A stretch of DNA of 64,000 bases from an uncultured Gemmatimonadaceae bacterium (GTDB taxonomy: Bacteria > Gemmatimonadota > Gemmatimonadetes > Gemmatimonadales > Gemmatimonadaceae), in contig CAWBOC010000009.1 in NCBI GenBank assembly GCA_963790305.1, positions 928,001 through 992,000 on the forward strand, given 5' to 3'. This document shows, in pieces, positions 41,565 to 49,945 of this stretch. Position 1 is the stretch's first letter. Each line of letters opens with the position of its first letter. The notes under the pieces are model-generated. The model did no database searches. It saw only the letters and a program-made list of their open reading frames with translations, and was not told the origin of the DNA. Made by a program: the position numbers and the translations under genes.

Positions 41565-42872
41565 CTATCGGGCGGAGCGTCCTTCCTCGATCAGCCCGAC
41601 CGCCGGAATCCGCGGGCTCAGGCCGCCCAGATCGGCACCGGACGCGATGGAAACGGGCGCGTCAGACGGCAACGGGCCTGCGACTCCCCGCCGCTCATAA
41701 TTGAAAAAGCGCTTCAAAGCCAGAAAATGCTTCTCGAAGAGATGCCAACTGGCGAAGGCGAGGGCGTAGGAGATGCCAATTCCGGCTAGCAGTACGCCGA
41801 CCTGTGCCGGTAGCTGCGAGCCGAGGACGGTCGGAAGCTTCCCGTCCAGCTGCGTCAGCTGCCCGTGGAAGACGTTGCGGACGACGATGTGGATCAGATA
41901 CAGCGCATAGCTGTACCGGCCGAACGCGGCGAGTGTCGCCGAGCTCAGCACCCGCGCCGTCCGTGAGGAATCCGGAGCCGCTATCGCTCGCACCAGGAGC
42001 GCGCCGAAAAGAAGGGAAATCGGCGTGTACGCTCCCAGCTGGACTCGAACATCGAGCGGGGGGAGGATCCCGCCAACGGCGACCAGCGTCCACCCGATGA
42101 CGATGGCGAGCCAGACTGCAGCACCGAGCATCACCGGCCGCGAGAAGCGGAGCAGCATTGCCGCACCGGAGGGGTCTCGTGCGAGCACCGCTACGAGCGC
42201 CCCAACCGCGAGCGCGTCAATCCGAGCCGGCATCAGCGCGTAACCCGCGATGCCATCCGCAGCCGAATAGTGGAGGCCGAGGCGCGTCAGCTCGGCAAAT
42301 ACGATCGCACCGACGCAGATCTGAACGAGGCGTCGTCGACTCGCGAAGAAAACGATGAGCGGCCAGAGCAGGTAGAACTGCTCTTCGATCGCGAGAGACC
42401 AGAGATGGGTCGTGTGACCCGGCATGCCCTCCCAACCGACTCTCGCGAACATGACGTTGCTGAGGTACGTCCAGAGCCAGAACTGCGTCCCGGCGGGGAC
42501 CGCGGTCGCCGGGCGTACCATTGGGAGCAGGATGAGCACGAACACGAGAAACGCGTAGTACAGCGGGAAGATTCGGAGCACCCGCCGCATGTAGAAATTG
42601 CGGAAGAAGTGCGCGCCGCCCTTCGCGTCGTACAGGATTCCCGTGATGAGGAAGCCGGAGAGGACGAAAAAGAGGTCGACCCCCACCCACCCCACCCTCG
42701 TGACCTCGAAGAAAACGAGCTCAGCGCCGGTCACCGCATTCACGAGTGTGAAGTGGAGGACCATCACGCAGAGGACGGCGATGCCCCGCATTCCATCGAG
42801 CACGGGGATGTGAGGGCGAGTAACGCGGGCCGAAAACGCGTTCGCCGACTCGGATCGGAGAGGAGCCGTCAT
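41565..42872 (-). CDS. Acyltransferase family 3 (OafA-like)
   Basis: LDGMRG, GVDLFFVLSGFLIT, FYMRRVLRIFPLYY, HLWSLAIEEQFY and SYALYLIH; ATGA overlap with the PPTase gene. Confidence 0.92.
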   Translation of the reverse strand: MTAPLRSESANAFSARVTRPHIPVLDGMRGIAVLCVMVLHFTLVNAVTGAELVFFEVTRVGWVGVDLFFVLSGFLITGILYDAKGGAHFFRNFYMRRVLRIFPLYYAFLVFVLILLPMVRPATAVPAGTQFWLWTYLSNVMFARVGWEGMPGHTTHLWSLAIEEQFYLLWPLIVFFASRRRLVQICVGAIVFAELTRLGLHYSAADGIAGYALMPARIDALAVGALVAVLARDPSGAAMLLRFSRPVMLGAAVWLAIVIGWTLVAVGGILPPLDVRVQLGAYTPISLLFGALLVRAIAAPDSSRTARVLSSATLAAFGRYSYALYLIHIVVRNVFHGQLTQLDGKLPTVLGSQLPAQVGVLLAGIGISYALAFASWHLFEKHFLALKRFFNYERRGVAGPLPSDAPVSIASGADLGGLSPRIPAVGLIEEGRSAR

Positions 42873-43690
42873 TGAGTGGTGCCTTCGGTCCATCGCCACG
42901 AGAAAAGCCGGCCGACTGGACCGTTGATCGCCACCGCACCCAGGTATCCGTTGGCGGGAAGCAATTCATAGAGGTTCCACCCAGACGCCTCTCGCGGCTC
43001 CTCGAGCGAGGGAAGATCCGCCGGCACCGCCGACAGCATCGTGTCGAAGCCACTCAAGGCGACGGAGAGGTCACCCCCGGTCGCTTTCGCGTACGATTCC
43101 TTTCGCGTCCAGCACCGGTAGAACGCGTCGCGCCTGGCTGTGTTTTCCAGCGTGCGCAGCGTTTCGCGCTCGCGAGACGTGAAGTAGCTCTCGACGATCG
43201 AATCGAGCTCGGAGATCGGCCGCACACGCTCGACGTCCACGCCGATCTCGCGACCGAGCGTGACGGCGATCAGCGCCATGTCTTCGGTGTGCGACAGGTT
43301 GAAGCGCAGGGCCGTGGGCCCGCTCTCATCGGACAGCGCCGGCTTGCCGTTCTTGCCGATCGTGAACCGCAACAACCGCGGGTCAGTCTTGCGGTATCCG
43401 GCGAGCACGCGACGAAGAATGCCGTGCGCCACGACGTACCGCCGCCGGTCGCCCTCGCTGCGAAACCGCTCCGCCCGGTTGAGCTCCTGGAGCGACAGCA
43501 GCGACTCGAGGGTACGCACGCTCGCAGCCGGCTGCTGGAGGGACGCCGCCCACACGTGGACTTCGTCCACTTTCAGCGTCGGCCGCACTCGCGGCACCGG
43601 CCACAGCAGCGCCTCGGTGGGCGTTATCTGCTCAGCGGACGTGTGCAGCATGGACGTCGGCCGGGGTGGCAGGGTCGGAGGCGCGCGCAT
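42869..43690 (-). CDS. Sfp-type 4'-phosphopantetheinyl transferase
   Basis: GKP, FNLSH, IGVDVE and WTRKESYAKA; GGAGG RBS upstream. Confidence 0.92.
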   Translation of the reverse strand: MRAPPTLPPRPTSMLHTSAEQITPTEALLWPVPRVRPTLKVDEVHVWAASLQQPAASVRTLESLLSLQELNRAERFRSEGDRRRYVVAHGILRRVLAGYRKTDPRLLRFTIGKNGKPALSDESGPTALRFNLSHTEDMALIAVTLGREIGVDVERVRPISELDSIVESYFTSRERETLRTLENTARRDAFYRCWTRKESYAKATGGDLSVALSGFDTMLSAVPADLPSLEEPREASGWNLYELLPANGYLGAVAINGPVGRLFSWRWTEGTTQ

Positions 43691-44888
43691 CCGCCTCCTC
43701 CCTGCGATCGAGTGAGGTTGGTGAGACTTCCAGGCCGCGAACCCATCGCGCGAGCAGCTCGCGCTCCCGCAGCGACAGAAAGCGATGCGTGGGAAGCGTC
43801 ACGAGGGTACGTCGCAGCGCGCGAGCGCCGGGATGCTCCCGCTCGCCGACGCAGAGGTGGGCCCGGAGCTCCCCCTGCTCCATCAGTGTCAGCGGGTACC
43901 CGCTCGACATCCCGAGGCGCGGATCGATCGGTCGACCGAGTTTGTTGCGCACCGCAGCCCGGAGATAGCCACTCTCTCCACCCGCGAGGACCCGTACGGG
44001 CTCGATGCCGCGGCTTCGCTCGGCACCCACCGTCATTGCTGCCGCATTCCGACGCCGGAGGTTTGCCTCGGCGTCCTCATAGGCGAGCGCGTCGCGCACT
44101 AGCACAGCGGCCGCGCGGGAGAGAGAAGATGGCTCGTGCGCTGGATGATAGACCATCTCGCCGAGGTGGAGCATCGGGAGACTGGCGGGCAGCGCGTAGA
44201 GTGAGGGTCGCCCGAGCAGCCACTGCGCGGTGGCGACGGCCGCATCGGACCAGCCTCGCGGCGGATCGCCGAGTCGGAGCGCCGCGGCGCGCTCAGCGAG
44301 CGCCGTGTCACGGAGCAGCAATGCGCCGCCTCGACCGCCTGTGATTCCCTTCCCCCGTCCGAAGCTGAGGATGGACAGCGGTGCGAGCGCGCCGAGCCGG
44401 GTGCCGTCGAGCGTTCCGCCGGTGCCCTGGGCTGCGTCCTCGATCACGCTCACGCCAGCCTCGGCCGCGATGCGCGCCACGCCCGGCACATCGGCTGGGT
44501 AGCCGTAGAAGTGGGCGACGACGATAGCGTCCACGCCGCGCGACACGGTGCGGGCCACCGATTCGAGATCGGGGCTCAACGTGGCCGGATCGACGTCGTA
44601 GAGGCGAGCACGAACGCCGGCGAAGATCGCCGCGGCAGTGAGATCGATGCAGCCGTAGGCCGGAAGCGCGACCGTGCCGCCTGCACCGGCCGTTAGGCGC
44701 ATCGCCAGCACCAGCGCCGACGTGCCGCTGTCGGTGAGCGCGACGGCCGCCGCGCCGAATCGTCCCGCCAGCGTCGTCGTGACTTCGGCATGAGCGCGAT
44801 CGCCGGCGACGACGGCGCCGCCCATCGCCCTAACGAGGGCGAGGGGCCGGATGGGCGAATGAACCGGCGGCTGCCGTCGACCGATCAC
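43632..44888 (-). CDS. DegT/DnrJ/EryC1/StrS family PLP-dependent protein
   Basis: TDSGTSAL, HFYGYP, IEDAAQ and SFGRGK; GTGA overlap at 44885-44888. Confidence 0.8.
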   Translation of the reverse strand: MIGRRQPPVHSPIRPLALVRAMGGAVVAGDRAHAEVTTTLAGRFGAAAVALTDSGTSALVLAMRLTAGAGGTVALPAYGCIDLTAAAIFAGVRARLYDVDPATLSPDLESVARTVSRGVDAIVVAHFYGYPADVPGVARIAAEAGVSVIEDAAQGTGGTLDGTRLGALAPLSILSFGRGKGITGGRGGALLLRDTALAERAAALRLGDPPRGWSDAAVATAQWLLGRPSLYALPASLPMLHLGEMVYHPAHEPSSLSRAAAVLVRDALAYEDAEANLRRRNAAAMTVGAERSRGIEPVRVLAGGESGYLRAAVRNKLGRPIDPRLGMSSGYPLTLMEQGELRAHLCVGEREHPGARALRRTLVTLPTHRFLSLRERELLARWVRGLEVSPTSLDRREEADARASDPATPADVHAAHVR

Positions 44889-45781
44889 GCCGTCGCGACC
44901 CCGATGCCGCGCGACGAACGCGGGGTAAGATCGCGCCACTCACATCGACGCGCCGCCGACGTGAACCGGAAATCGCCGAGCAGCCGCTCGAGCCGCGCGT
45001 GCGTTCCGGCGATTCCGCGATAGTGGCGGAGCCCCGTCACCCACGAGACGGGCAATCGCGGCTGCGCGTCGTCGAGCTCCCAGGGGTGGATGTAGAACGT
45101 CCCGGTCCGCCCTTCCTGCTGACATTGCCGAAAGGCGTGACGGGTAAGGGCGTACGGGAATTGGCGGAAGTATCCGCCACCCGCGGCGGGAATTTGCAGG
45201 CCGCCGATTCGCGCCGTGGTGAGCGGAAACTCGACGATGACGCCGGAGGGGGTCGACCTCAGGTGGGGCGAAGTCGGCGCGGCTGGATAGCCGTATCCCG
45301 GTCGGCGAATTGGGAAGAGGCTGGAGTCGTACCGATAGCCTTCCTCGAGCAGGACCTCGAAGGCCCACTCCAGGCCGGGCACGATCGAGAAGCTCGGTGC
45401 GCGAAAACCCTGAACGAGCTGCCCGGAGATGTCCTCGAGCAGGCGTCGCGAATCACGCACGTCGGCGCGAAACTGCTCGGGTGAAAGAGTGCCGACCCGG
45501 CGATGCCACCAGCCGTGGGAGGCGATCTCGTGACCGGCATTGGCGATCCGACGAACGATCCTCGGATTCGCCTCGGCGATCCAGCCGAGACAAAAGAAGG
45601 TGCCCGTCGTGGCGTGCCGGTCGAGAAGGGTCAGTATCGCATCTACCCCAATGTCGACGCGCGACGCGTACGAAGGCCAATCCCGTCGCGATACCACTCC
45701 CTCGAACGCGTTGACCTGGAAGTACTCCTCCACGTCAACCGAGAAGATGTGCGGATGAGGAGCGGGATCGGATCGAGGCAT
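44885..45781 (-). CDS. XrtA-system polysaccharide deacetylase (DUF3473)
   Basis: FSVDVEEYFQV, HEIASHG..H, GFRAPSFSI, YDSSLFP, GGGYFR and FYIHPWE. Confidence 0.9.
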   Translation of the reverse strand: MPRSDPAPHPHIFSVDVEEYFQVNAFEGVVSRRDWPSYASRVDIGVDAILTLLDRHATTGTFFCLGWIAEANPRIVRRIANAGHEIASHGWWHRRVGTLSPEQFRADVRDSRRLLEDISGQLVQGFRAPSFSIVPGLEWAFEVLLEEGYRYDSSLFPIRRPGYGYPAAPTSPHLRSTPSGVIVEFPLTTARIGGLQIPAAGGGYFRQFPYALTRHAFRQCQQEGRTGTFYIHPWELDDAQPRLPVSWVTGLRHYRGIAGTHARLERLLGDFRFTSAARRCEWRDLTPRSSRGIGVATA

Positions 45782-46034
45782 CGAATTGGATGGGGATCGG
45801 GGCGGCCGGGCGGCGCACTCGCAGTTAGCCTGCCACCGAACCAGCCCTGCGCGCGCGGGTGAGCCCTTACCCTAAGCCCTTATTGGGCAATCGGTAGCGG
45901 CGGACCAATCCGTCGTTGACCGGGGTCGCGGGAGCGCGGTCTGTGGCGGATCCGCCACATCCGCACAGCGGGTGTTGTTACGCCCCCCCACCTGCCTCGT
46001 CCCGTGCAATGATGCGCCGCCCCTCCCCCCCTCT

Positions 46035-46658
46035 ATGCGCACACTCATAGCACTCATCGCGACCGTCGCCGGCGTCTTGCCGCTGGCCCGAGGCGTATGC
46101 GCCCAGTCGGCCTACGTGCTCGATCGATCCACCTCCCGCGTGACATTCCGCGGTCGAGCCTTTATCCAACAGATCATCGGACGAAGCGAGGAGCTCGCCG
46201 GCAGAGTCGTCATGTCCGGCAGCGACGTGCGGTCGCTCCGTGGTGACGTGCGCTTCAATGTCGCCTCGATCGCAACCGACCCCGTGGTGGAGTCCGAGGC
46301 CCTGCTGAAGCTCTTTGGCGGGGATCGCCATCCGACCGTCACGTTTCAGGTGGATTCCGTCGAGCGCGGATTCGACGGAGGCCCGTGGACAGTGCACGGC
46401 CGGCTCTCCATGAACGGAGTCACCCGCCCCGTCGCCTTCTTCGGGCAAGCCAACGTCACGGGTCGCCAGGTGGTCGCGAGCGGCACAACCTCTGTGGATG
46501 TGCGCGACTGGGGCATAAGTCCACCGCGCCGCTTCGGGGGTCTGATCGGCATGTCGCCTCAGATCACGCTGAGCTTTCGCGCGGAGTTCCGGGCGCGCGG
46601 TGGCGGCGTGCAGACTACGGCACTCTCCTTCCCCGACGGTCGCACCAATCACCGCTGA
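46035..46658 (+). CDS. YceI family secreted protein
   Basis: Signal peptide; S.VTF, G.LSMNGVTRPV and DWGI motifs. Confidence 0.75.
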   Translation: MRTLIALIATVAGVLPLARGVCAQSAYVLDRSTSRVTFRGRAFIQQIIGRSEELAGRVVMSGSDVRSLRGDVRFNVASIATDPVVESEALLKLFGGDRHPTVTFQVDSVERGFDGGPWTVHGRLSMNGVTRPVAFFGQANVTGRQVVASGTTSVDVRDWGISPPRRFGGLIGMSPQITLSFRAEFRARGGGVQTTALSFPDGRTNHR

Positions 46659-46754
46659 GCGCCACTAGCGCGGCGCAAACGCTCCTACCATAGATAGGTC
46701 GAATTCGCGCATCGTCGTGCGCGGTCGTGGACCAACTCACATGGTGGGCACGCA

Positions 46755-48314
46755 ATGCCGTCTCAGGCTGCCCCGCGGCGCGCGGTCGAGTCGCTCGACC
46801 CCGCCACGGGCGAGGTATGGCGCACCTGGACTCCCCCGGATCGCGCCGCCATCGATGCCGCCGTGTCTCGCGCTCGCGCGGAGCAGCCCGGCTGGGCGGC
46901 TCGACCGTTGGGTGAACGCCGGCGGATCCTGGGAAAATTCCGTCTCGCGTTGACCGACGGCCGTCGGGAGGTCGCCGCGCTCATCGAGCGCGAGACCGGT
47001 AAGCCCGCGGCCGAGGCGATGGCGGCCGACATCCTCACGACGCTCGACGTCGCCAGGTTCTGCCAGCGTGCCGCACCTCGCGTGCTTCGTCCGACCTCGT
47101 TCACGCCGGCGAACATCGCGATGTGGCGCAAGCGCGTGACGATCCTCCGCGAGCCTCACGGGGTGATCGGGGTCATCTCGCCCTGGAACTATCCGCTGCT
47201 GCTTCCCGCCAGCGCGTCGCTCGCGGCGCTCGTCTCCGGAAATGCGGTGATCCTCAAGCCCTCGGAGCTGACCCCCTCCACCGCGATCCGGCTCGCCGAG
47301 CTCCTGCATGCGGCGGGTGTTCCGGACGCAATCTTTCAGGTGCTGCCAGGCGATGGGGCAACCGGTGCCGCGCTCGCCGCCGCGCACGTGGACAAGATCA
47401 TGTTCACCGGAAGTGCGGCGACCGGCAGAAAGGTCGCCGCCGCGTGTGCCGAGCGGCTGATTCCCTGCTGCCTCGAGCTGGGCGGAAGCGACCCGGCGAT
47501 CGTGCTCGACGATGCCGATCTCGCGACGGCCGCGAGTGGCGTTCTCTGGGGGCGATTCACCAATGCGGGACAGACGTGCGTCGCGCCGAAGCGGGCGATC
47601 GTGATCGATTCCGTGTACGATCAGTTCGTCGGTCACCTGCAGACGGCCGCACAACGTTTGGTCGTTGGCGCGGGCTCCTCGGGAAGCGACGTCGGTCCAA
47701 TGATTCGGCCGTGGCAGGCGGATGTCCTCGAGGCGCAGCTTGGCGACGCGGTCGCGCGCGGCGGGAAGGCGCATGGCGCAGCACGCACGTCGCGCGAATT
47801 CTTTGCGCCAACGGTCGTCTCGGAAGTGACCTCGGAGATGCGCATTGCGCGCGAGGAGACGTTCGGACCGCTGCTCGCCGTCATACGCGCGCGCGATGAC
47901 GACCACGCCGTCTCCATCGCCAACGCCACTCCCTTCGGATTGAGTGCGAGTGTGTGGGGCCGTGATCTCACTCGCGCGCAGCGAGTTGCGGAGCGTGTCG
48001 CGGCCGGGACCGTCCACGTGAACGATGTCGTGTCGGTCGTCGGTATGGCCGACGTCCCGCATGGTGGTATAAAGGAAAGCGGCTTTGGGCGGATTCATGG
48101 GGATGCAGGACTTCGTGAGTGCGTCCGCGAAAAGTCCATCGTCGTCGACCTGTTCGCGCGTTGGCGTCAGCCCTGGTGGTTCGGCTACGGCGAGGATCAC
48201 GCTCGGAACATCGACGCCTTCGCTCGCTTCTGGCATGGCCGAGGGATGGGGGACCGCGTGAGCGGCGCGTGGCGATCGATGAAGATGCTGTTCTCGAAGG
48301 CTCGCCCCATCTAG
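46755..48314 (+). CDS. Aldehyde dehydrogenase family protein
   Basis: ISPWNYP, KPSELTP, FTGS, LELGG, NAGQTC and EETFGP. Confidence 0.92.
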   Translation: MPSQAAPRRAVESLDPATGEVWRTWTPPDRAAIDAAVSRARAEQPGWAARPLGERRRILGKFRLALTDGRREVAALIERETGKPAAEAMAADILTTLDVARFCQRAAPRVLRPTSFTPANIAMWRKRVTILREPHGVIGVISPWNYPLLLPASASLAALVSGNAVILKPSELTPSTAIRLAELLHAAGVPDAIFQVLPGDGATGAALAAAHVDKIMFTGSAATGRKVAAACAERLIPCCLELGGSDPAIVLDDADLATAASGVLWGRFTNAGQTCVAPKRAIVIDSVYDQFVGHLQTAAQRLVVGAGSSGSDVGPMIRPWQADVLEAQLGDAVARGGKAHGAARTSREFFAPTVVSEVTSEMRIAREETFGPLLAVIRARDDDHAVSIANATPFGLSASVWGRDLTRAQRVAERVAAGTVHVNDVVSVVGMADVPHGGIKESGFGRIHGDAGLRECVREKSIVVDLFARWRQPWWFGYGEDHARNIDAFARFWHGRGMGDRVSGAWRSMKMLFSKARPI

Positions 48315-48323
48315 CTTCCCGCC

Positions 48324-48917
48324 ATGCTTGGTCTCGTTGGGGTGCTCGACGCAGTCCTGGGCGTGCTGCGATTGGTCGTGTTCATCATCGCCGCGGCGGC
48401 GCTCGTCATCTTTACGATCGACTGGCTCGTGCGCACGCGGCGCGTGAGCCCGTTCGGGGCGGTCGCGCGGTTTTTCCGGCGGGTCGTCGATCCGCTGATC
48501 GTCCCCATCGAGCATCGTGTGGTGCGCGCAGGCGGCTTGCCGTCGAGCGCGCCGTGGTGGGCGCTCATCGCGGTCGTCATCGGCGGCCTGGTGGTGCTTG
48601 CTCTCCTCGAATTCATTAGAGGCCAGCTCGAGTTCGCGGCGAGCGCGAGCGGCGCTGGCGCTCGCGGCTTCATCGCGGTGCTGGTCACGTGGATATTCGG
48701 TATCCTCCAGCTCGCGCTCATCGTTCGGGTCATCTCGTCGTGGGTGCGGCTCTCCGAGTGGTCGAAGTGGATTCGGTGGACGATACCGATCACGGAGTGG
48801 TTGCTGCGGCCGCTGCGAAAGTTCATCCCTCCGCTCGCGGGCACCATCGATCTATCGCCCCTCGTGGCGTGGCTTCTGCTGGCAGTAGCAAAGGGGATCA
48901 TCCTGAATGCCCTGTGA
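48324..48917 (+). CDS. yggT: YggT family membrane protein
   Basis: ITEWLLRPLRKFIPP...IDLSPLVA motif and a duplicated YGGT unit. Confidence 0.85.
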   Translation: MLGLVGVLDAVLGVLRLVVFIIAAAALVIFTIDWLVRTRRVSPFGAVARFFRRVVDPLIVPIEHRVVRAGGLPSSAPWWALIAVVIGGLVVLALLEFIRGQLEFAASASGAGARGFIAVLVTWIFGILQLALIVRVISSWVRLSEWSKWIRWTIPITEWLLRPLRKFIPPLAGTIDLSPLVAWLLLAVAKGIILNAL

Positions 48918-48941
48918 GCACCCACCAGACTCGGTGAACGC

Positions 48942-49361
48942 ATGGCGATCGTTTTCCTGATTGGGGCCGAAGCCGCGTTGCTCGAGGGCATCGCGCAGAC
49001 GCTCGCCGCCGCGGGCCATCAGCCGCGGGTGTTTCACGGCGTGGCTGATGCACACGTCCGCGCGCGCGGGGAGGTGCCGCTCGTCGCCGTCGTCGAGCGC
49101 GCACTCGCCGCTGCCGATGCCGCGGCGCTGCGTCTTCCGCTCGCGGTCGGGGGTGCGACTCTGCTCTATCGGTCGGGCGCCGACGCCGAGGCTGACCCCG
49201 CGCTTTCGCTCGCCGTCCAGCGCCTCGTCATGGCCGAGCTCACACTTCCATTGGAGCGGCACCGGCTCCTCGCGCTCATCCAGCGGGTGGAAGAGCGCGC
49301 GCGGGTCACGGGCCGTGGAGCGCGCGGGACGGACACGCCGCCGGAGCAGCGCGCACCCTGA
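48942..49361 (+). CDS. Hypothetical protein, possibly a degenerate receiver-like fold
   Basis: Co-oriented ORF with typical codon usage. Its beta/alpha pattern resembles REC, but the acidic pocket is missing. Confidence 0.55.
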   Translation: MAIVFLIGAEAALLEGIAQTLAAAGHQPRVFHGVADAHVRARGEVPLVAVVERALAAADAAALRLPLAVGGATLLYRSGADAEADPALSLAVQRLVMAELTLPLERHRLLALIQRVEERARVTGRGARGTDTPPEQRAP

Positions 49362-49399
49362 GGATGGGGATTGCACGCAAAAGAACGACAACGGCTATT

Positions 49400-49459
49400 A
49401 ACGCAGAGGACGTAGAGGACGCAGAGGTTGTCCTCCGCGTCCTCTGCGTCCTCTGCGTT
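49400..49459. repeat. Palindrome of 9-bp tandem units (GCAGAGGAC)
   Basis: AACGCAGAGGACGTAGAGGACGCAGAGG-ttgt-CCTCCGCGTCCTCTGCGTCCTCTGCGTT. Confidence 0.85.
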
Positions 49460-49494
49460 CAGAACGGCTTGGTTTTGCCTTTCACTCGTCGGCT

Positions 49495-49785
49495 TTGACG
49501 CCCATCGCGATCAGTATCCTCGCTGACGCAGTCCGCTTCCACGTATACGTCCAGCCCCGAGCCTCGCGGAGCGAGATCGTTGGCGCGCACAATGGGGCGC
49601 TGCGGGTGAGACTGACGTCAGCCCCGGTGGATAACGCGGCGAACGAGGCGCTCGTCGAGCTGCTCGCGAAGGCACTGCACGTTGCGAGGCGCGATATTCG
49701 CATAGTCGCGGGCGCTGCATCTCGCCGAAAAGTCGTTGAGATAGATGGCGTTAGCCGGGATCAGGTCGCCGCGCTTGCCGGGTGA
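49495..49785 (+). CDS. yggU: DUF167 / YggU family protein
   Basis: VQPRASR, APVDNAANEAL and GAASRRK. Confidence 0.88.
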   Translation: MTPIAISILADAVRFHVYVQPRASRSEIVGAHNGALRVRLTSAPVDNAANEALVELLAKALHVARRDIRIVAGAASRRKVVEIDGVSRDQVAALAG

Positions 49786-49799
49786 GGCGACATTTGTTC

Positions 49800-49828
49800 T
49801 TGCCGCCAGTCGCGCACAAGGCTAGGTT
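49800..49828 (+). promoter_or_regulatory. Putative sigma70 promoter for the met operon
   Basis: TTGCCG-17 nt-TAGGTT, about 18 nt upstream of the riboswitch. Confidence 0.45.
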
Positions 49829-49846
49829 GCAGCTAACAACTGAACC

Positions 49847-49894
49847 CGTGGCGATTTAACGGCAACTTGCGGCCACGTTAATCAACAGCTAAAG
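49847..49894 (+). promoter_or_regulatory. SAM-II (SAM-alpha) riboswitch
   Basis: CGTGGC-GATTTAAC...TTGC-GGCCACG-TTAATCAACA-GCTAAAG matches the SAM-II pseudoknot pattern and lies directly upstream of metH. Confidence 0.8.
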
Positions 49895-49933
49895 CGCCGG
49901 CGCGAAGCCGGGACGGCTTAGGCGCCTTTTTTT
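49891..49933 (+). terminator. Terminator-like hairpin plus T7 run overlapping the aptamer 3' end
   Basis: AAAGCGCC...GGCGCC followed by TTTTTTT, just before the metH ATG. Confidence 0.5.
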
Positions 49934-49945
49934 CGTCGGTACGTC

